Assembly (NCBI GenBank): GCA_964474825.1 | Contig: CAYYWQ010000001.1 | Coordinates: 677,609 to 741,608, forward strand | Reading direction: 5' to 3' | DNA: 64,000 nt | DNA from: an uncultured Candidatus Saccharibacteria bacterium | Lineage (GTDB): Bacteria; Patescibacteriota; Doudnabacteria; UBA920 | Shown here: one piece after another, positions 57,655-64,000 of the stretch | Position numbering within the stretch: the first letter of the stretch is position 1 | Layout of the letters: every line of letters begins with the position of its first letter | Program-made: the position numbers and the translations under genes | The notes under the pieces: model-generated | What the model was told of the DNA's origin: nothing | What the model saw: only the letters and a program-made list of their open reading frames with translations | The model's database searches: none

Positions 57655-57885
57655 ATGAGCTATTACGAACATCACAAACGATCAATTGTTAAAACCATTG
57701 GCTTTCATGCCTTAATAATATTGTCCGATGCTTTGGTAATTTTTATTCTTACCCACAAAGTCACCCTGACCCTTAGTATAACTATTTTCTCAAATCTGGT
57801 CAGCGGCCTAATTTACTTTATTCACGAACGAGCCTGGAATAATATTCACTGGGGCAAGAGTAAGCTGGAAATAGACTTGAAATAA
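57655..57885 (+). CDS. DUF2061 small membrane protein
   Basis: EHHKRSIVKT, YFIHERAWNNIHWG. Confidence 0.85.
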   Translation: MSYYEHHKRSIVKTIGFHALIILSDALVIFILTHKVTLTLSITIFSNLVSGLIYFIHERAWNNIHWGKSKLEIDLK

Positions 57886-57927
57886 CCGTGACAATAAACT
57901 ATAGCAATAACTTAGGCTATAGTTTTT

Positions 57928-58959
57928 TTATTTTCCCATGTAACCTTTTAAGTCTACTCTATAAATTTCCACGAGTGCCATAAACATTGCCATGAGCACG
58001 GGGCCGAGCAAAATTCCCAAAAGGCCAAAAAATTGCAAGCCGCCCAAAACCGAAAACAAAACCAAAAAAGGATGCAAATCCATTTTCCTGCCAACAAGTT
58101 TTGGGCCGACAAAGTTGTCTATGGTGCCAACCGCAAGCGTGCCCCATATGGCCATTCCAACCCCCGCGCCAATATGGCCGGTTACAAACAAATAAATTAC
58201 CGCGGGAATTAAAGAAAGAGAAGTTCCCACAGTGGGTACCAACGCGGCCAAAATGGTAAACGCCCCCCATAGCAGCGGCTGTGGTACGCCAAACAACAGG
58301 AATCCGGCCACAGCCGTAACTCCCTGAATTAACGCGACCAAAAACTGCCCCTTAATAACTCCGGACACCGCGCGCTCTAATTTTATAATAAGCAAGTCCC
58401 CGTGCGCCGGATCAAGCGGTAAAATTCCTCCCAAATAATCTTTTACCCTCTGTCCGTCTTTTAATAAATAGTAAAAAGAAAAGAACACAAAAAAGAAAGA
58501 CAAAAAGAAATTAAAAACATTGGACAAAAGAGAGGCCGTGCCCGCAAATGCGTTGGACGCGAAGTCGCTTAATTTTTGGCCAAAATTAGAAGAGAAATCC
58601 CCGGCCCAGCCCTGGAACTGCGGCGGCAAACCTTTAACAAATTCCGTCTGGTTCCAAACCAGTTGGCCGGATTGGTATTCTTTGTAAATTACATTTAATT
58701 CGTTATACGCAAGCTGGCCAATTAAATACAACGGGATCATAACTATTAGCAAAACTAAAATAATTGTGGCCCAGGCTGCCAAACTTTCTTTCCCCATTTT
58801 TGCGAGTAAATATTTATAAACCGGGTGGAACAAAATTGCTAAAATCGCGCCCATGGCCACAAAAGTTAAATACGGCCACCACATAAGCACGACAATAACA
58901 GCTAAAATCGCAAAAATAATGGACAATACGACAACTTGTAATCTTTGGTTTGTTAACAT
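57928..58959 (-). CDS. AI-2E family transporter
   Basis: YYLLKDG, GQFLVALIQG, PTVG, IDNF..P, HPFLVLFSVLGG, GILLGP. Confidence 0.88.
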   Translation of the reverse strand: MLTNQRLQVVVLSIIFAILAVIVVLMWWPYLTFVAMGAILAILFHPVYKYLLAKMGKESLAAWATIILVLLIVMIPLYLIGQLAYNELNVIYKEYQSGQLVWNQTEFVKGLPPQFQGWAGDFSSNFGQKLSDFASNAFAGTASLLSNVFNFFLSFFFVFFSFYYLLKDGQRVKDYLGGILPLDPAHGDLLIIKLERAVSGVIKGQFLVALIQGVTAVAGFLLFGVPQPLLWGAFTILAALVPTVGTSLSLIPAVIYLFVTGHIGAGVGMAIWGTLAVGTIDNFVGPKLVGRKMDLHPFLVLFSVLGGLQFFGLLGILLGPVLMAMFMALVEIYRVDLKGYMGK

Positions 58960-58968
58960 AATTTTTAA

Positions 58969-59988
58969 TTAATTTTCTTTTACTTCTGTCCTATACATTT
59001 CTACTAAGGCTACAAAAATTGCCATAATAATTGGCCCAAGCAAAACACCTAAAACTCCAAAAGTTACCACTCCCCCCAAAATTGCAAAAATGGTGAGCAG
59101 CGGATGCAAGCGCGCCTTGGAAGAAACAATTTTTGCGGCCAAAATATTGTCTATTAACGCTACGCTCACTCCGGCCCAAATGGCCATGCCAATTGCCCCG
59201 CCCACATGACCCGTAAAATATAAAAACAAAACTGCGGGCACCCAAACTAAAGCCGTGCCAAAAGTAGGAACAAACGCGGCGACAAACATTACGCACGCCC
59301 AAAGCAAAGCGTTGGGAAGTCTAAATATGGAAAAACCGATGAATGAGGCAACAGAAATAGTTAACACAACCAAAAACTGGCCTTTAACCACGCCGTTAAC
59401 CGCTAAATTTAATTTGTCGAACAAAATGTTTTCATTAGCGTCTGAAAGAGGAAGAATATCTTTTAATAATTTTTTTATTTTCTCGCCGTCTCGCAAAAGA
59501 AAAAATGTACTAAAAGCCACAACCACTAACGAGCCAAAAAACCAACCGAGCGATGACAAAAGACCGGAAAGAGAATTAAAAGCCTGGCCAGTTAATTGCG
59601 AAACCCAGGCACCTAAATCTACATTAAAATTGGTAGCTAAGTTCTGTAAGGGTACTGGCAAACTGTGAACAAAACTTCCGGACTGTCCCGCCAAGTCCCC
59701 TAAATTAAGTGTGTGATAAAAATCTGAAAGTTCAAAAAACACCTGCTGCCCCACCAAAAGCACCGGACCTGCAACAATTACAGCTATAACCGCCACAACA
59801 AAACCAGCGGACAAGTTAGGCATTTTTGTCTCTTTATGAATTCGTTCATAAAGCGGCTGAAAGAGCAAAGTTAAAATTACCGCAAAAGCCAGCAGTTCCC
59901 AAAACGGCCAAAAAATAGCAAGCACAACCAAACCAACCAAACCCATTAAAATATAAAACCCAATTTTTTGTGATTTTTGTTTCAACAT
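58969..59988 (-). CDS. AI-2E family transporter (tandem paralog)
   Basis: FFLLRDG, GQFLV, PTFG, IDN, HPLL, GVLLGP. Confidence 0.88.
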   Translation of the reverse strand: MLKQKSQKIGFYILMGLVGLVVLAIFWPFWELLAFAVILTLLFQPLYERIHKETKMPNLSAGFVVAVIAVIVAGPVLLVGQQVFFELSDFYHTLNLGDLAGQSGSFVHSLPVPLQNLATNFNVDLGAWVSQLTGQAFNSLSGLLSSLGWFFGSLVVVAFSTFFLLRDGEKIKKLLKDILPLSDANENILFDKLNLAVNGVVKGQFLVVLTISVASFIGFSIFRLPNALLWACVMFVAAFVPTFGTALVWVPAVLFLYFTGHVGGAIGMAIWAGVSVALIDNILAAKIVSSKARLHPLLTIFAILGGVVTFGVLGVLLGPIIMAIFVALVEMYRTEVKEN

Positions 59989-60088
59989 AATACTACGGAA
60001 CTACGGATTAATTACACTACGGATGCCTACAGAATAACTGCAAGACTCCTTTATTGATATTATAACAAAAAATGGGCTAAAAAGCATT

Positions 60089-60131
60089 AAAAAAGAGCGC
60101 TCCTTGACCATCGTGTCAAAAAGCGCTCTTT
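60089..60131 (-). terminator. Hairpin terminator after the orphan gene
   Basis: aaagagcgct...agcgctcttt with inner ttgac/gtcaa. Confidence 0.7.
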
Positions 60132-60238
60132 CAAGATTTTACTACTAATTTCCTCCTGTCTATAACTGACAGTTTTTGCCTGGTTACGCCAGACTAGCGA
60201 GCGGTTTTAATGGTTCGCTAAACCAACGCCGAATACCG

Positions 60239-60964
60239 CTACTTAATCAGAGGGTATCCATAACGGGTACGTAGTACATACCCAGCTTCGGAGAGGATTA
60301 CTGTGCCGTCGGCCTTGACCAGATGCCGGAGCGTGCAGCGCAACTTCTTTTCAAGCCGCCATCCCAGTGGATTTTGCTTGGCAAGTTCCTCCATTTTTGG
60401 CTCTCGGGAATCCTTGAAGGATTTCACCAAAACAGCCGCCGAGGCATCCGCAATCAACCCGAGCTGCCGTGCCGCTTCAATAACGAGCGCGCGAACGTCA
60501 AAATGGGCCCTCTCTTCCCATACTACCGTCCGGCCCGGATTGCTCAGCACCCGGGCGTTCATTACCGTAGGCAGCAAGTTGGCAATTGCAGCCACCTCGG
60601 ACTTTGAAAGGTAGAGTTTTACTTCTACCCCCATTGCCGCGACATCCTCGTGGGATACCGCGGGAAGGACTACAATGTCGGCAACCGTAGCCCCACCACT
60701 GCCCCGAGTGAAATACTCAGAGCGGCAGTGGCGCCACATAAAAAATGCGGCGTCATAAATCTGCACCCGAGTAGAGGCCAGCCACTCCACTCCCTGTTCT
60801 GTTTTCGTACTCTCTCTCCACACTTCAAATCCTCCGCTCTCCAGAGGCGTCAAAGTGTACCCCTCCCAAGTAGAGGGGAAAAGATTTTTGGACCATTGCT
60901 GGATGGTCACAAAACCACTGGCTTGGCGAACCTTCCGCCAATTCTCCAGTTCTTCGTTGTTCAT
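60239..60964 (-). CDS. GC-rich orphan hypothetical protein
   Basis: 241-aa ORF with AAGGAG RBS; no motif recognised. Confidence 0.6.
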   Translation of the reverse strand: MNNEELENWRKVRQASGFVTIQQWSKNLFPSTWEGYTLTPLESGGFEVWRESTKTEQGVEWLASTRVQIYDAAFFMWRHCRSEYFTRGSGGATVADIVVLPAVSHEDVAAMGVEVKLYLSKSEVAAIANLLPTVMNARVLSNPGRTVVWEERAHFDVRALVIEAARQLGLIADASAAVLVKSFKDSREPKMEELAKQNPLGWRLEKKLRCTLRHLVKADGTVILSEAGYVLRTRYGYPLIK

Positions 60965-61046
60965 GGCAGATCTCCTTCTCCCAATGCGGCATAACCTGCC
61001 TAATTACCCGCCGGGGCAAAAAGTCAGCTTTGTGAGCTGGCCCTTC

Positions 61047-61100
61047 TTTTCAGAAAAGCAATTTAAAAACATGTTTATTTTCAAATTGCTTTTCTGAAAA
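61047..61100. repeat. Perfect 18-bp inverted repeat
   Basis: ttttcagaaaagcaattt-N18-aaattgcttttctgaaaa. Confidence 0.8.
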
Positions 61101-61277
61101 CCTAAATTCTTTATTAAAGAACAATTCCGGGCACAATTTCCCAGACTGCTGATTATGACATTTTTTTAACTTAATGTCAACCATTTGACGTATATGCCCT
61201 ATTTATGCTATATTTGCATCACCTTGCCCTGGCAGTTTCGGGCATTTTTGTTTGCATAGCGCGAAGCACATTATTTT

Positions 61278-61383
61278 TCTCCCCAAATCGTGGGGAGATG
61301 TCCCGACTGAAGTCGGGACAGAGAGGTTTAAAACCTAAAATTAACCTCACCCCCAGCCCTCTTCACAAATTGGAGAGGGAGAC
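61278..61383. repeat. REP-like palindrome cluster upstream of typA
   Basis: tctcccca..tggggaga; tgtcccgact-ga-agtcgggaca; ccctct..agaggg. Confidence 0.65.
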
Positions 61384-61402
61384 TATAAGGAATAAAACTA
61401 TT

Positions 61403-63271
61403 ATGAGACGAGACAACATAAGAAACATTGCAATAATTGCTCACGTTGACCATGGTAAGACAACCTTGGTGGACGCTATGCTTAAGCAGACCCATACGGT
61501 AAAGGACAATGCCGATACCACGGATTTAATTATGGACAGCATGGACCTGGAGCGCGAGCGCGGTATTACCATTCGGGCCAAGAACGCGTCGCTTATTTAT
61601 AATGGCATTAAAATAAATATTGTAGACACCCCGGGCCACGCGGATTTTGGCGGTGAAGTTGAACGCACACTCAGAATGGCAGACGGTGTTTTGTTGTTGG
61701 TAGACGCCAAAGAAGGCCCAATGCCTCAAACTAAATTCGTACTTAAAAAAGCTTTGGAACTTGGTCTTAAAGCTATTGTTGTCATAAATAAAATAGACAA
61801 GCCCGACGCCCAAACCGAAGAAACCATTAACAAAACTTTTGACTTATTCGTAAAGCTGGACGCTAAAGACCACCAGTTAGATTTCCAAATTATTTACGCT
61901 GCCGGCAAAATGGGTTTGGCCGAGACAGATTTGGAAAAATTAAAAGCCAAAATCGCGGCCAATGCCGCTCCGGACGTTACTCCCCTGTTTGAATCTATTG
62001 TTAAATTTATTCCGGCTCCGGAAGTTAAACCAGAAGACCCGTTTGCTATGTTAGTTCTTGCTTTGGTTTATGACAACTACAAAGGTAAAATGGGTATTGG
62101 TAAAATTGTTTCCGGCAATATTAAAAAAGCCCAAAACATTGTCCGTATTAAACCTGCCGGCGAAAAAGAAAACGGCAAAATTTCCAGCTTACAAATGTAC
62201 CAGGGTTTAAAACCGATCGATGTGGAAGAAGCCGTAGCCGGCGACATTGTTGCCATTGGCGGTTTTGACGACATTTCCATTGGCGAAACTTTAACAGACC
62301 CAGTAAGCCCTATTCATTTAGAGCCAGTAGCTATAGAGCCTCCTACTATTAAAATGACTTTTGGCGTAAACACTTCCCCGTTTGCGGGACGCGAGGGCAC
62401 AAAAGTTACCTCCAGAAATATTCGCGACCGCTTAGTAAAAGAACTGGAAGTAAACGTTGCTCTTAAAGTTGAAACTTTAGAAGGCCAACCTTTGTCTGCC
62501 GAAACTTCCGGCGGCGGCGAAAACTTTTTGGTTTCCGGCCGCGGTGAGTTACATCTCGGAGTACTTATTGAAACCATGAGACGCGAAGGTTTTGAACTCC
62601 AGGTTTCCCAGCCTCAGGTTATTTACCACGAAAAAGACGGCGTTAAAATGGAACCTTATGAAGTCGTTACCATAAACGTGCCTAGCGAATACCAAGGTTC
62701 GGTTATTGAAGAAATGGGTAAACGCGGCGGCGAACTCCAGCATATGGATTCCTCTAACAACAACGAACTCCAGGCGGAATACTTAATTCCTACCCGCGGG
62801 CTTATTGGCCTAAAAAGCCTTTTGCTTACCCGCACCCGCGGTACCGTTATTTTAAACAACCTTTTTGATAGCTATAAACCAGTACACGAAATAGACACCC
62901 ATGTTAACGAACACGGCTCCCTTATTTCCTCTGAAACTGGCCTCAGCAACTCCTACGGACTTAACAACGCCCAAGAACGCGGTATTATGTTCATTGGCCC
63001 TGCCGTAGACGTTTACGCTGGTATGGTGGTTGGAAAAAACGCACTAAACGATGACATTGAACTAAACGTTTGTAAAACTAAAAAACTCACCAACATTCGT
63101 TCCAGTGGAACAGATGAAGCTATAATCCTCACCCCTCCCCGCCCTGTAGAACTCGACTTCGCCCTAGAATACATTGGCGCCGACGAACTAGTAGAAGTAA
63201 CTCCAAAATCTATAAGAATAAGAAAAAAAATCCTAGACGCCACCGCCCGCAAACGTTCTGAAAGAAAATAA
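61403..63271 (+). CDS. typA: Translational GTPase TypA/BipA
   Basis: [62 protein letters not shown]; start MRRDNIR preferred. Confidence 0.97.
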   Translation: MRRDNIRNIAIIAHVDHGKTTLVDAMLKQTHTVKDNADTTDLIMDSMDLERERGITIRAKNASLIYNGIKINIVDTPGHADFGGEVERTLRMADGVLLLVDAKEGPMPQTKFVLKKALELGLKAIVVINKIDKPDAQTEETINKTFDLFVKLDAKDHQLDFQIIYAAGKMGLAETDLEKLKAKIAANAAPDVTPLFESIVKFIPAPEVKPEDPFAMLVLALVYDNYKGKMGIGKIVSGNIKKAQNIVRIKPAGEKENGKISSLQMYQGLKPIDVEEAVAGDIVAIGGFDDISIGETLTDPVSPIHLEPVAIEPPTIKMTFGVNTSPFAGREGTKVTSRNIRDRLVKELEVNVALKVETLEGQPLSAETSGGGENFLVSGRGELHLGVLIETMRREGFELQVSQPQVIYHEKDGVKMEPYEVVTINVPSEYQGSVIEEMGKRGGELQHMDSSNNNELQAEYLIPTRGLIGLKSLLLTRTRGTVILNNLFDSYKPVHEIDTHVNEHGSLISSETGLSNSYGLNNAQERGIMFIGPAVDVYAGMVVGKNALNDDIELNVCKTKKLTNIRSSGTDEAIILTPPRPVELDFALEYIGADELVEVTPKSIRIRKKILDATARKRSERK

Positions 63272-63279
63272 GCAAACTT

Positions 63280-63306
63280 AAAACCCCGCCGAATGGCGGG
63301 GTTTTT
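63280..63306. terminator. Bidirectional intrinsic terminator
   Basis: aaaaccccgcc-gaat-ggcggggttttt. Confidence 0.85.
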
Positions 63307-63313
63307 AAAATTA

Positions 63314-64000
63314 CTAATACCCTATTGTTTTTTTAATTTCCTTAATATATAAATCACTCTTACCCAAAAGTATGCTTTGACTTTCATTCGAAAGACTTTT
63401 AAATTTTTCTAAATATTCCAAAGCAACTGGGTAATTAAATTCTTTTTTAAACTTTATAAACCCCAACCAAAAATATAATTGCGCCTTATTTTGTTCAGTC
63501 TTAAGTAAATTTAAATTAAAATTTTCTACCTCCTGCAGCGTTCCATATTCGTTGTCATAAGTATGATTTTCGATTCTTTCACAAGACTTTAAGGCTTCGC
63601 TATACTTTTCTAGCCAAAAATACAAAAATGCTTCGCTATATCTCCACTCCGAAGTTCCATTTGAAAATTTTTTTGATTTCTTTATATCTATTAAAGCCAG
63701 CTTGGGGTCTTTTAAAATGCTAAAATCATAAACGGCTTTAAATAACCACGCCCCATAATTTGAAGGATTAAATCTGAAGGAATCATCTAAAAATTGTTTT
63801 GCTGATAAAATATCATTTTTTAAAAATTTATGTCTGGAGATCACCAGCTGCTCTTCAGATATTACTCCTGGAAGCTTATTCTTAATTATGAGTAAATTGG
63901 GTGGCAAAGGATTAAATTTGGCAAAATCCTTTTCTAAATTACTGTGAAGCTTGTAAGCCAAAAATGGATCCCCGGAAAGAAATGCCGCCATACCTGTAAT
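63314..64000 (-). CDS. AT-rich TPR-like hypothetical protein, 5' end outside the window
   Basis: Frame is open to base 64000; helical repeats such as AFLYFWLEKYSEAL, LYFWLG...ALEYLEKF. Confidence 0.6.
   Translation of the reverse strand: MTGMAAFLSGDPFLAYKLHSNLEKDFAKFNPLPPNLLIIKNKLPGVISEEQLVISRHKFLKNDILSAKQFLDDSFRFNPSNYGAWLFKAVYDFSILKDPKLALIDIKKSKKFSNGTSEWRYSEAFLYFWLEKYSEALKSCERIENHTYDNEYGTLQEVENFNLNLLKTEQNKAQLYFWLGFIKFKKEFNYPVALEYLEKFKSLSNESQSILLGKSDLYIKEIKKTIGY

Noticed and set aside
57928-59988. Tandem AI-2E transporters as exporters for the putative signal
   Set aside because: They are 44 kb away, the family is widespread, and the name does not establish autoinducer transport
61205-61402. 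66-aa N-terminal extension of TypA
   Set aside because: It runs through promoter-like and palindromic repeat sequence; the conserved TypA start is at 61403
1-64000. CRISPR array, DGR, retron, rRNA or alternative genetic code
   Set aside because: No regularly spaced repeats, reverse transcriptase or rRNA-like sequence seen; TGA acts as a stop (for example 6829, 8704, 10272)

Overview
The window looks like chromosome from a small-genome, AT-rich bacterium, most likely Patescibacteria/CPR. This is inferred from gene content, mostly SD-less leaders and DUF5666/DUF5667/DUF2207/TrmB-type genes; standard code 11 fits. It holds about 60 CDS and three tRNAs (Arg-TCT, Arg-GCG, His-GTG). I found no rRNA, CRISPR array, prophage or transposase. 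Housekeeping genes include rpsO, a Xer-type recombinase, an RsuA/RluB-type pseudouridine synthase, typA, zwf, gnd, alkA and Atl-like repair genes, metal homeostasis loci (Fur-ZIP, CsoR-CopA, MgtE-N/NRAMP) and two ECF sigma modules. The top candidate for an undescribed system is an AT-rich, tightly coupled operon at 5816-13854, preceded by a TrmB regulator. It encodes a nitroreductase-like protein, an amino-acid dehydrogenase, a SAM methyltransferase, a PaaK-like adenylating ligase, an Rv1355c-type ThiF enzyme, an alpha/beta hydrolase and a multi-TM sensor kinase, and reads as a make/destroy/sense small-molecule signalling cassette. Other highlights: (1) a >1220-aa secreted GHSQG-hydrolase/LamG protein missed by the ORF track, with a partner gene; (2) a bacillithiol operon with a half-size BshC-like gene; (3) a GC-rich fatty-acid desaturase; (4) two families of MITE-like palindromic repeats, each in two copies; (5) clear Fur, CsoR and ECF regulatory sites; (6) dif-like half-sites before xer. 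All family assignments come from motif recognition by eye, not from database searches.
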